The notes below the pieces were generated by a model, which was given only the letters and a program-made list of their open reading frames with translations, was not told the origin of the DNA and made no database searches. From the NCBI RefSeq assembly GCF_009834535.1, contig NC_045697.1:26104001-26168000 (forward strand): a stretch of DNA of 64,000 bases, in the 5' to 3' direction. The position numbers and the translations under genes are program-made. Below, one piece after another: positions 29,926 to 42,398 of this stretch (positions are counted from its first letter, which is position 1; the number at the start of each line of letters is the position of its first letter). Origin of the DNA: Camelus ferus (lineage: Eukaryota).

Positions 29926-32044
29926 TAAGTGGAGGCTTTGGAAAAGTAGGAAGAGAAAAGAGACCTATGTGCTTCTTCCTTTCCAGTCTCTTTCTTCTCT
30001 TTTCAGGGTATGCGTGTTCCTTTGTGCACAGACATTCTTTTAGAAAGTTTCCTCCGTAGTCACTGTATCTGAGTCCAAGCTAGGATCATCTCTTTCTTAC
30101 ACCAGTGTAGCCACCTCCTAAATATTCCTCAGCTTTCACTATTAGCCACATGAAATGTATTTCCATACATTAACAACAGCGGTCTAAAAATATAAATCAT
30201 ACTTTATTACTCCCCTGATTAAAACTCTATAATTACTTCCCATTCTACTTAAAACAATATCCAAACTCTTTATGTTGTCCTACAAAGAATCCAATCTGGG
30301 GTCAGTGGACTCCCACGAGAAGTGTCATTAGTACTATATTCCAGTATACTTGTCCTATTTATCATTCCATTCATTCTATTTTATATATTTAAAAGACTAC
30401 CCTGAGAAGGAATCCAGAAGTTTCACCAAACTCCAAAAGCATTCATGACACAAAAGCTGTTCAGAGCCCCAGATCTAGATGACACACCCCAGCTTCCCTC
30501 TTACCTTTATCTTTATCTAGTGATTTCTATTTCCATTATAAATCTTACCACAACCTGCAATTACTTTATTTATTTATCTGTTTACTTCTTTTCATTCCTA
30601 TACTTCAGTTCCTCACTGGAATATAAATTCCATGGGGGCAGGGACTGTGTCTTTCTTGCTGTGCACCCCCGAGCCTGGAATGGAGCCCAGGACATCGCTA
30701 CGTCATCACTACCATAAATACATAAGTAGTGAATGAAGGAAGATATGACAACGCTGAGGAAAACAAACAGGGTGAATGATGATGAGAGGTGGCAGGAGAG
30801 GTGGGGAAGGTGAGGGAATGGACGAGACAGAAGAGATAAAAGGAGAGAAAGAGAAAGAGAAAAGGAAGCCGAAGGAGAACACAAAGAAAGCAGCTGTGAG
30901 AGAGAAGAGAGAAAAAGATCCTTGGGGGAGTTGCCAGCACAGCAATTTCTTTTTCATTAATCCCGCCCCCTCCACCCCCCAGCCCTTCTAACTCCTTTCC
31001 TCAAGGTGGAATAAGATCTAACAGGTACACATGTAAGGATGAGGTGTGAGGGGAAATTCAGGAATGGGTTTTGTGGGGATTTCTGGTCCAGGGGTCTTGA
31101 GATAAACTTGATTGGTAATATTCTCTGTTTACTTATAAATTAGTATAGATTCCATTGATTTTTAAATAGTGCCCATTTTCTCTCTGATTCCGGAAATTAC
31201 TCCAAGCTCCACTGGCTCTTTGCTCCCTCTTGCTTCAGAAAGCATGTGGCTTTGAAGCCGAGGCTGCCTTTTTTTCTAGTGTCCCAGAAATAAGTGAGAA
31301 TCTAGGTGTCTCAGTTTGAAGTATCTCTTCCACTTTCATGTGCAGAGTTGCAGTCCTCTGGGCCAGCTGATGGGCCACAGTGTGAGTGACAGAATGTCAG
31401 GAAAAGGGGAAGGGAAAGGAGAGGAGGGCGGGGAGGAAGGGTGGAAGAGATCCCTTCCTACTTGGCTTCCGGAGCAGAAACCACCCTGAGACAATCCCTC
31501 TAAGAAAACAGTCAAAACCTGGAAGTGTTCCACCCAAACTCATGATGCAAATGACTTCCTGTAATACTTGGGACAGCAGCTGTGTTTCCCTCTGGCTATT
31601 TGTCTGTGAGATTCACAGAGGTGACCATGAGCCCTCATGGAAGGATGAAGTATCAGTTCCTTACTGAGGGTCTTGCTCCTGTTAGATGGAGAAAATCCAG
31701 TGAGGTTCCAGATAGAGCCTAGGTCTCTAGGAAAGGCAAAGCAGAAAGGATCCCAGCATCCTGCCTGACTCATTTTCCTTGAGTGAAGACGACTTCTCCA
31801 TTCCTATATGGAGGAACTGCACACGTGCTGGCTACCTCCAGGCACTCTTATTTTAGCAGATGCTCCACTCCCTACCACAGGCAATAGGACACTCAGCCCT
31901 TGCCTATGAGAAGGTCAGTAACCCTCTCTTGTTTAGGGCAGATTGTGTAAGGCAAGGGTAGAAGCAGGAAGACCAGTTAATGTGCCACTGCAGTGAACCA
32001 AGCAATGGAAGATGGAAGCTTAGATGTGAAAGTGTTGAAGATCA

Positions 32045-32862
32045 TGTCTGATACTTTCACCATCACTATCTTTCGCATAGACAGCTAGCCACAAGCATTT
32101 TTGCCGTATAACTAACTGGCTGTAAGGCAATTTTGTTATAAAAGATACAATTAAAAAAAAATAAAAGGGAATTTAAAAGGACATAATATAACAGGAGAAA
32201 TAAAATAACAAAATTTTAAAGACTGTATTGTGAAATAGAAAATATTTAAATACAATGAAAATGTGCATAGATTCATGGCAATGCTGCACAGATAACTGAT
32301 TTTATTTTGTGGGCTGTACCTAAGATCTTACCTTCCAAGTCTTTTGTTCATAATATTTTAGACATTTTTTTAAAAACTTGTTGATTAGTCTCTTTGTTTA
32401 GCATCACACTTTTTCTTATTTGCTAACGCTTATCCTTCATTAAAAGAGATATCAGTTCCCAAATACAAGGATGCCTATTTATAACTGAGATTTGTGTTGC
32501 GTTGTGAAACCTGTAGACACTGTGTGCCCTTGGCCTACTGTCACATGTCCATTGGTAGATGTTCCAAAGTTCTGCGGGAAATGGAGGTTCAACTTTGAGC
32601 TTGTCAGGCCCTTCGTCTCAGCCTCTTTCTCCCCCAATTTAGTATGTTTCAAAATGAGAAACCAATTTTTGGGGTAAATCACTGTCATCTGTCATGATTT
32701 TTTTGTTGTTGTTGTATATATCAAACCAAACTACTAGCCAGTTATTTTATCTTTTATGGTAAAATTGCCTTCTAGCCAGATATATGGTAAAATGTTTGTG
32801 GCAAAAATGCTTGTGGCAAAGATGTCTACAGCAAAGATGCTTATGGTGAAAGTACTTAAAAC
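32045..32862. mobile_element. Non-autonomous DNA transposon-like element with ~100-bp imperfect terminal inverted repeats containing 15-bp subrepeats (family not identified)
   Basis: 32051-32152 matches the reverse complement of ~32743-32855 (shared blocks tactttcaccat, gccacaagcatttttgcc, aaggcaatttt, ataaaagata). Confidence 0.75.
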
Positions 32863-34859
32863 TGGTGGAAATGTGTTAGAATATAGGAATATTCCGAGCC
32901 AGTGGTTCTCATAGGAGTCTTCTGGGTCTCCGGGTTGCTAGCCTGTCACCTCCTCATCTGACTTTTCTAAGCAAAAGCATACATTTCTGCATTTGTAATT
33001 CCTATGTCTTCAATGAAAAATAGTTTAATACTCATTATTGAGAAGAAAATATATTGCTATAAGAAATCTCTAGTAACTCACAAAATATAAATAAATTCTG
33101 TAGTTCTTTATATGACAAATATTTATTGTATAGCTGTTAGCCTACTATCCTTACTAGGAATTATACACATAATATGTTGAGGAGAAAGAGGTTCTCAAAA
33201 GGTTAGCTAATGATTGACTTCATAATTTTAGTATGCAATAACAGCTTTTGGGTTGACTTCTCTAAATATGCCAGAGTGGGAGAAAAAAAAAAAAACACTA
33301 CAATTTCTTTGTGCTATTTGTCCTTTTATCAGTTCTCTTTTTTTTCTGTGACAAAGGATCTCCAAAATATAGTGTGATATCTTTTTAAAAAATCTGCATA
33401 ATGCTTTCTGTTTATAACACCAAAATCATGCTATTTATTGTTAGTAAATCCTCAATAATTTCATCCTTATTTTATATATAAGTATGACTCAGAGATTTGC
33501 ATTACATATTTTTGTTTTTTAAAATCAACTGGCAATAAGAGGTAGATACATTTTATGTCTAAATTGAACCTATGTGGCTATGTTTCTTCCTCAATCCTTA
33601 TACACTGTATATAAATTATTCCTTATAAGTAATTATGTACATGGAGGGAGTATCTTTCAAGGGGTGGAAGGAGAAATTTACTAAATTTTATTCTATTGTG
33701 ACCAAAGTAGCAACAGATTTCTTGATAGTACTTTAGTGATATGGAAGCAGAAGTGTGCCAGATGTTAGTTACCCCAGTGATCCAGAAACTCTAATTTACT
33801 ATTTACTATTTCAGTGACTCCAAATAATTTTTCTTTTTTCTTTTCTTTGTTTTTTCCTTTTTACCAGAGTGAAACTTAAGAAGGCAAACCCTGGCTAGCC
33901 ATAACTGTCCTAGGATGTCCTAGGAATCTGTTTTGTTCAAGGAGCCAGGTTGCCTGTAAAATAGAAATTTGTGCAAAGGAACATACTCCTGTACCTTCCC
34001 TAACCTGAGGTATTCTAAGTCTAGAGTTAACCGTGCTTAGAAATTCACAAAAATGACCTCTAGCAGTTACAACAAGGAGAAAGGTATTGGTGTCATCTAC
34101 ATCTCTTACTCTTATTTCACTGGGCAAGATGGAAACCTTCCCATGAGAGAGAGGGAGAGAGAGAACTCTGGGCAGTCATCTTTCAGACCTCTCAGAGCAG
34201 CAGGAAGCTGCAACTTAGATATAGAAGTTTCATATTAACATTTCTTTAAAAATTTTAAATGGGTTGTTTTTTTGTCATACAAATTCAAAACAGTGGAAGA
34301 GTCCTGCTTCTTTCTTCTCATCTGCTATCACCGCTGTTATTTGCTGTGCCCTTATTATGTGCCAGGCCATGTGCCAATCATTCTACCTATATTATCTCAT
34401 TTCATTCCAAAACAATGCTAGAAGATGAGTTTCATTTCTCTTGTTTTAAAGGTAAGGATATTAAGACGTCAAGAAGTTCAGAGACATAAAAGAAGTGGAT
34501 AAATATGACAGAGGAGATTAATAGTAGAGGCTGAACTTGAGTCTACATCTTTATGTTTCAGAAACATATCATAACTGCTACATTGTAAAAGCTTACTTTT
34601 CAATTTGCAAAGGGTAATGTACTCTGCCTTAGGAAATACGGCAGTGTCTGTTGTACTTTTGCAGTGACAGGATCAGATATCCTGATTGTCATGGTAAAAC
34701 CCCTGTGAGTGAAACATTATGTTCACTAAAGTGCCATTATTTTCAGTGGACAGTAGAGAAGACTTTTACATATCCTTGTTTGGGAGGAATTCACCAGGTT
34801 TTAATAGAAATTTTAGTAACTATTTAATCTAGTAACTATTCCATTTGGAAGTTCTAGAA

Positions 34860-35055
34860 CAGCACTGTATTCCTGCGATGGTGAAAATGCTTTATATTTG
34901 TACTGTTCAATAAGGCAGCTACTAGACAAATGTGGCTACTGAACACATGAAACGTGACGAGTGCCTATGGAACTGAATTTTTCATTTTTTAATAAATTTT
35001 AACTTTAATTTAAAAAGCCACGTGTTGCTAGTGGCTACCATATAGGAGAGTGCCA
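34860..35055. mobile_element. MER3-like hAT-Charlie element with a perfect 8-bp TSD
   Basis: ttctagaa at 34852-34859 and 35056-35063. Body has tgtggctactgaacac...aactgaatttt...agccacgtgttgctagtggctacc. Confidence 0.8.
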
Positions 35056-35384
35056 TTCTAGAATGTCCATTGTGAGGTTGTGATGGTGGGAAACATTGTA
35101 TGACTACTTAAAGGAAAGGAAAATATAATTCTTAAGAAGTGAAAATAATTTTTTAAGTAGAGAAAGAGCGGGATATACCCAATGGTTTCTTGTTATAACA
35201 AAATGGAATTGAAAAAGAAAATGGAATAGAAAAAGAAACTCAAAGATTATTAGATCTAGAAGCAGCCAGAGAGCTCTTGGTTCAACCAGATGAATCGTTT
35301 CAGTAATCTGTAGTCTCAGCCTACTGCTGCCCTGTTAGGTTATGTTTTGACAAGAGTCAATTACACAAAAAGGATGCATTTTGA

Positions 35385-35810
<426 letters not shown>

Positions 35811-36148
35811 TAAAAGAAAAAATAGGAGTAACATTGATAAGGAAGGAGTGGGTAGCTATAATTTTAAAGTGATAGATCACCTAATCAGAATTTCTACTTT
35901 CTTTCATATCAACTTTCTAATAGGAACAATTCAAGTCGGTCTGGTCCTGACAGTATATTGTTAATGACTATTGAAAAAAAATGTTATAAATTTTCTGTAA
36001 CTGTATCTGAGCAACTAGAAAAGTCATTTATAAAAAACATTGAATACATTTCAGAACACAACATTTTAAGAAAAAATCATGTGGTGACTAGGAAAATGAC
36101 ATCAAAATATTTTGAATGAGAAAAATCCTGCACATTTAAGAGTTAATT

Positions 36149-36985
36149 ACTCTTCATTTCTGATTTTGTTTGAGTTCTTTTTCTCTTGGTTAGTCTAGCT
36201 AAAGCTTTGTCATTGTTTCTTATCAAAGAACAAACTCTTCATTTCATTGATTTTTTTCTACTGTCTTTTTCATTTATATGCACTATAATATTTATCTCCT
36301 TCCTCCTATTAACTTTGGACTTGTTTGTTCTTTTCCTAATTTCTTTAAGTATGAAGTAAGATTATTTATTTGTAATTTTTCTTGTTTCCTGAGGTAAGCC
36401 TGTATCATCATAAACTTTCCTCTTACAACTGCTTTAGCTGCATTCCATAGATTTTGGTATGTTGTGTTTCTGTTTTCATTTGTATATATATTTTTTATTT
36501 TGTCCTTAATTTCCTAGTGATCCATTGGTTGTTTACTAGCATGTTGTTTAATCTCTACATTTTTGTGATTTTTCCAGTTTATTCTTGTAGTTGATTACTA
36601 GTTTCATGTCATTTTTTTTTTTTTTTTTTGCTGGAGAATATGTTTGATAGGATTTCAATCTCCTTGAATTAATTGAGACTTCTTTTGTGGCCTAATGTGC
36701 AATCTAGTCTGAAGAACAGTCTATGTGCACTTGAGAAAAATGTATATTCTGCTGCTTTTGAATGGAATGTTCTATATATATACCTATTAGGTTCATTTTA
36801 CTTAATGTGTTTGTTTAAAGTTGATGTTTCCTTATTGATTTTTTGTATGGATGAACTATCCATTGATGTAAAGTCCCTTATTATTATTGTATTTCTGTCA
36901 ATTTCTCCCTTTAGATCAGTTGATATTTGTTTTATTTATTTTGGTGCTCCTTTATTATGTGCATATATATTTATAAATGTAATAC
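36149..36985 (-). mobile_element. Inverted 5' segment of an L1 (ORF2 endonuclease/linker region)
   Basis: The reverse complement reads as L1 ORF2, from the ITFINIYA endonuclease motif to aaatcagaaatgaagag. Confidence 0.85.
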
Positions 36986-36987
36986 CT

Positions 36988-39856
36988 AGAGGAGAAATTA
37001 CAACTGATACCACTGAAATAAAAAAGATTATAATAAACTACTACAAACAATTACACACCAAAAAATTGGGCAACCTAGAAGAAATGGGTAATCTTCCAAG
37101 ACTGAATCATGAAGAAATAGAAAATATGAACAGATTGATTTCTAGTAAAGAAGATTGAAACAGTAATCAAAAACTTCCCAACAAACAAAAATCCAGGACC
37201 AGATGAATTCATGGGTGAATTCTACCAAACAGTCAAAGAATATATAATACCAATCCTTCTCAAACTCTTCCAAAAAGTTGAAAAGGAGTGAACTCTCCCA
37301 ACCTCATTTTATGAAGCCAGTGTGACTCTGGTACCAAAACCAGACAAGAATACTACAAAAAAAAGAGAAAGTTACAGGCCAATATCCTTGATCAACATAG
37401 GTGCAAAAATTCTCAAGAAAATATTAGCAAACTGACTCCAATAATACATTAAAATAATCATATGCCACGATCAAGTGGGATTTATTCCAGGGATGCAAGG
37501 ATAGTTCAACTTTCACAAATCAATCAATATGATGCACCATATTAACAAAATGAAGGATAAGAACCATATGATCATCTCAATAGAAGCAGAAAAGGAATCT
37601 GATAAAATTCAACATCCATATATGATAGAAACTGTCAGCAAAGTGGGTAAAGAGAAAAGGTACCTCAACATAATAAGTCATATATGACAAACCCACAGCA
37701 AACATCATTCTCAATGGTGAAAAGCTAAAAGCATTTACACTACGATCAGGAACAGGACAAGGATGCTCACTCTCACCACTTTTATTCAACTTAGTACTGA
37801 AAGTCTTAGCCATAGCAGTTAGACAAGAAAAAAAAATAAAAGGCATCCAAATCAAAAAATAAAATGTAAAACTGTCACTATTTGCACATGGTATAATACT
37901 ACATATAGAAAGCTCTAAAAATTCATGAAAAAACTGGGAGAACTAATATATCAATTCAGTAAAGTTTCAGAACACAAAATCAATATACAGAAAGCTGTGG
38001 CATTTCCATTCCCTAATAATGAACTAGCAGAATGAGAAATTAAGAAAGCAATCCCATTTACAATTGCAACCAAAAAAAAACAAATCTAGTAATAAATTTA
38101 ACTAAGGAGGTGAAATACCTGTACACTAAAAACTGTAAGACATAAATAAAAGAAATTGGTGAAGACACAAATAAATGGAATGATATCCTGTGCTCATGGA
38201 CTGGAAGAATTAATATTATCAAAATATCCACACTAACTAAAGCAATCTACAGAGTCAGTGCACTCCCTAACAAAATTTCAGACATTTTTCACAGAACTAG
38301 AGCAAATAACTTTAAAATTTGTATGGAAACACAAAAGAACCCAGATAGCTAAAGCAATCTTGAGAATAAAAAACAAAACTGAAGGGATCATGCTCCCTGA
38401 TTTCAAACTATACTACAAGTCTACAGTAATCAAAACAATATGGTATCTGTATAAAAACATACACATAAATCAGTGGAACAGAATAGAGAACCCAGAAGTA
38501 AACCCACACATATATGGAGAATTAATTCATGACATTGGAGCCAAGAACATACCACAGAGAAAGGAAAGTCTCTTCAATGAATGGTATTGGGAAAACTGAA
38601 CAGTCACATGCAAAACAATAAAACTAGACCAGTATCTTATACCATACATAAAAATTAACTCAAAATGGATTAAAGACTTGAATGTAACACTGAAAATCCT
38701 AGAGGAAAACATAGGCACAACCTCTTGACATTGGTCTTAGAAATGTGTTTTTTGGATCTGACTCCAAAGACAAAGGAAACAAAAGCAAAAATAAACAACT
38801 ACATCAAACTAAAAACCTTCTAGGCAGTAGAGGAAATCATCATCAAAATGAAAAGGGAACCTACTGAATGAGAAAAGATGTTTACAAATCATATGTTTGA
38901 CAAGGGGTTAATATCCAAAATATATAAAGAAGGCATATAACACAACAATGAAAAAACCCCAAACAACTCAATTTAAAATGGGCAGGGGACCTAAATAGAC
39001 ACTTTTCCAAAGAAGACATACAGATGGCCAATAGGCATATTAAAAGATGTCCAATACCACTAGTTATTAGGGAAATGAGAATCCACACCACAATGAGTTA
39101 TCTAAAAACTCTCAAGGTGGCTGTTATCAAAAAGACAAGAAATAAAAAGTGTTGGAGAGGATGTGGAGAAAAGAGAACCTTTGTACATTTTGCTGTTGGT
39201 GGGAATGTAAATTGGTGGGAATGTAATTGGTCTAACCAGTATGAAAAATAGTATGAAGAATTGAGAATATAATTACCAAAAGATCCAGCTATTCCATTTT
39301 TGGATATTTATCCAAAGAATACAAAATTACAAATTTGAAAAGATATATGCAGCCTACGTTTATTGCAGCATTATTTGTAATAGCCAAGATATGGAAACAA
39401 CTTAAGTGTTCATACATGGGTGAATGGATAAGAAAGATGTGATACATATATACAATGGAATACTACTCAGCGATAAAAAAGAATGACATCTTTCCATTTG
39501 CGACAACGTAGTTGGACCTTGAGAATATTATGACAAGTGAAGTAAGTCAGACAGAGAAAGACAAATAGCATATGATTTCACTCATATGCGGAATCTAAAA
39601 CACAAAACAAAACAAAAACCACGTAATCAAACAAAACAAAACAAAAACAAACTCAGAAATACAGATATTAGATTGGTGACTACCAACCAGAAAGGAGGGA
39701 GGTTTTGGAGGGGTCCACAAAATGTTTGAAGAATGTCACTTGATAGTTGGTAACTAGATTTTTGGTGTTGCTCACTTTGTAGTGTATACAGATTCTGAAT
39801 TGTAACGTTGTACACCCGAAGCATATATAATCAATTTTACCTAAATTAAAAAAAAA
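36988..39856 (+). mobile_element. L1 ORF2 (Z, RT and C-terminal regions, inactivated) plus 3' UTR and A-tail
   Basis: [15 protein letters not shown], ccaggaccagatg, caagtgggatttattccagggatgcaagg, caaggatgctcactctcaccact, [18 protein letters not shown]. Many stops and frameshifts. Confidence 0.95.
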
Positions 39857-40269
39857 GTTACTTTTGTTCACTTTTGTTTAAAATTCTTACTCTTATCAGG
39901 AAACAAACAAAAATTTAAATAATTTTCTTGCTGTACATACTATTTCTTTCAGTGATCCAGAACTTGTACTTCTAAACTACATTCTAATGAGAGATATAAC
40001 TGAAAAATTTATTTTATTACTCCAGAGGAAGAACAAACTTCTTATCCTTTAAAGAAAACCAAGATATTTTTCTGTGTTTTTACTTGTATTATGAACAGTA
40101 GTAATATAGTTTTCACGGGGTTAGATTTTTGTACTGATTTTAAATAAATTACTAAGATGAGTAATTAATTTGACACATATTAATTGAACTTCTGAAATAG
40201 GGAATGAGCTATGCTAGACATTATGATAAATACAGAGCTTATATAGGAAAATACATGTCCTACCTAAAG

Positions 40270-40583
40270 CTGCATTTTCCATAATGATGGCCACTATCCA
40301 CACGTGTCCATGGAGCACTCGAAATATGGCTAGTCCAAATTGAGATGTACTATAAGGGTCAAATACATACCGGATTCCAAAGACTTAGCACAAAAAAGAA
40401 AATAGAAAAAATTTCAATAATTTGTTTAAATTGTTTTCATTGTAAATTACAATATTTTGCTTATGCAGTTAAATAAAAATATATTACTAAACTTAATCTC
40501 ACCACTTCAAAATTTTATGTGGCTAAATAGAACATTTTAAATTATTTATGTATTTCAAACTGTATTTCTATGGGACAGCGTTG
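40270..40583. mobile_element. MER33-like hAT-Charlie element
   Basis: gagcactcgaaatatggctagtccaaattgagatgt...aaatacataccggattccaaagacttag...tatttctatgggacagcgttg. Confidence 0.75.
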
Positions 40584-40881
40584 CTCTAAATGGTTTATAA
40601 TCTAGCAGAGTATGCCAAACATTTATACAAAGTCAACTTTGTAATACAGCGAATAATTAGACTCATAGTATCAACAGTGTACTAATAGTTATTCAGAGGA
40701 GGGTAATGGTTCTTCTGGAAGCTAAAATCAATAGAAGTTTCATGGTGGTTGTGGTATTTTATCTGAGCTTTGTTAAGTTGGTAGAGATTTGGCTATTGGA
40801 AAAAGTATGTTTGGCTGAGGAGATGGAATGAATTTGAGTGGGGATGGTAGGCATAACTTAGCAGAAATTCGTAAGTCACAT

Positions 40882-42398
40882 AAGAATGAAGCTGGAGGAA
40901 TAACCCTCCCAGACTTCAGATAATACTAGAGAGCTACAGTAATCAAGACAGCATGATACTGGCATAAAAACAGACATATGGATCAATGGAACAGAATAGA
41001 AAGCCAGAAATAAACCCACAGATCTAGGATCAATTAATCTTTGACAAAGGAGGCAAGAATATATAATGGAGAGAAGACAGTCTCTTTAGCAAGTGGTGTT
41101 GGAAAACTGGACAGCAGCATGTAAATCAATGGAGTTAGAACACTCTTTCACACCATACACAAAAATGAACTCAAAATGTCTTAAAGACAAGTATGAGACA
41201 AGACATGATAAACCTCCTAGAAGAAAATACAGGCAAAACATTCTCTGGCATAAATCTTAGCAACATTCTCCTAGGGCAGTCTACCCAGGCAATAGAAATA
41301 AAAAGAAAAATTAACAAGTGGGACCTATTTAAACTTATAAGCTTTTGCACAGCAAAGGAAACCATAAGCAAAGCAAAATGACAACCTATGGAATGTGAGA
41401 AAATATTTGCAAATGATGTGACTGACAAAGGCTTAATTTCCAGAATGTATAAACAGCTCATACAACTTAAAAACAAAACAAAACAAAAAAAACAAACATG
41501 AAATGAACCCCAAAATGAACAGAAGACCCAAACAAGCAATTCTCCAGTGAAGACATACAAATGGCCAAAAGGCACGTGAAAAAATGTTCAATATCACTAA
41601 CTGTCAGATAAATGCAAATCAAAACTACAATTAAGTATCACCTCAGACTAGCCAGAATGGCCATCATTAAAAAGTTCATGAGATAAATGCTGGAGAGAGT
41701 GTGGAGAAAATGGAACCCTTCTATGCTACTGGTGGGAATGCAGTTTGGTACAGCCATTATGGAAAACAGCATGGAGATTCTTCAAAAAACTAAAAATGAA
41801 CATATCAAATGATCCAGCAATCCCACTCCTGGGTATATATCTGGCAGGACCTCTAATTCAAAAAGATACATGCACCCCAATGTTCCTAGCAGCATTATCT
41901 ACAATAGCCAAGACATGGAAGAAAGCTAAATGTCCAACAGATGATTAGATAAAGAAGCTGTGGTCTACTTATACAATGGAATACTACTCAACCATAAAAA
42001 AAGAATAAAATAATGTCATTTGCAGCAACATGGATGGACCTAGAGATTGTCATTCTAACTGTAGTAAGCCAGAAAGAGAAAGTAAAATGCCATATACCAT
42101 TTACATGTGGAATCTAAGAAAAGAAAAAAAGAGGACATTAATGAACTCATCTACAAAACAGAAACAGACTCGCAGACATAGTAAGCAATCTTATGGTTAC
42201 TGGGGGAAAAGGGGTGGGAAGAGATAAATTTGGGAGATTAAAAAATTTATTCTGTATAGCACAGGGAGCTATATTCAATATCATGTAATAACTTTTACTG
42301 AAAAATAATATATTTATGTATATGCATGCCTGGGACATTGTGCTGTACATCAGAAATTAACACATTGTAACTGACTATGGTTCAAAAAAAAATAAAAG
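40882..42398 (+). mobile_element. 5'-truncated lineage-specific L1 (ORF2 C-terminus, 3' UTR, A-tail)
   Basis: gctggaggaataaccctcccagacttcaga...[10 protein letters not shown]...TCTPMFLAAL...cagaaattaacacattgtaactgactatggttcaaaaaaaa. Confidence 0.92.

Noticed and set aside
32782..32856. CRISPR-like array
   Set aside because: Contiguous degenerate 15-bp units with no spacers, in mammalian DNA; part of a terminal inverted repeat.
36673..37158. 161-aa ORF as a new gene
   Set aside because: Chimera across the L1 inversion junction (antisense L1 plus sense ORF2).
39197..39228. Short tandem duplication ttggtgggaatgtaa inside L1
   Set aside because: A trivial slippage event in a dead repeat.
36988..39856. 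Active reverse transcriptase or retroelement system
   Set aside because: Ordinary L1 ORF2 with many stops and frameshifts, and no 5' UTR or ORF1.
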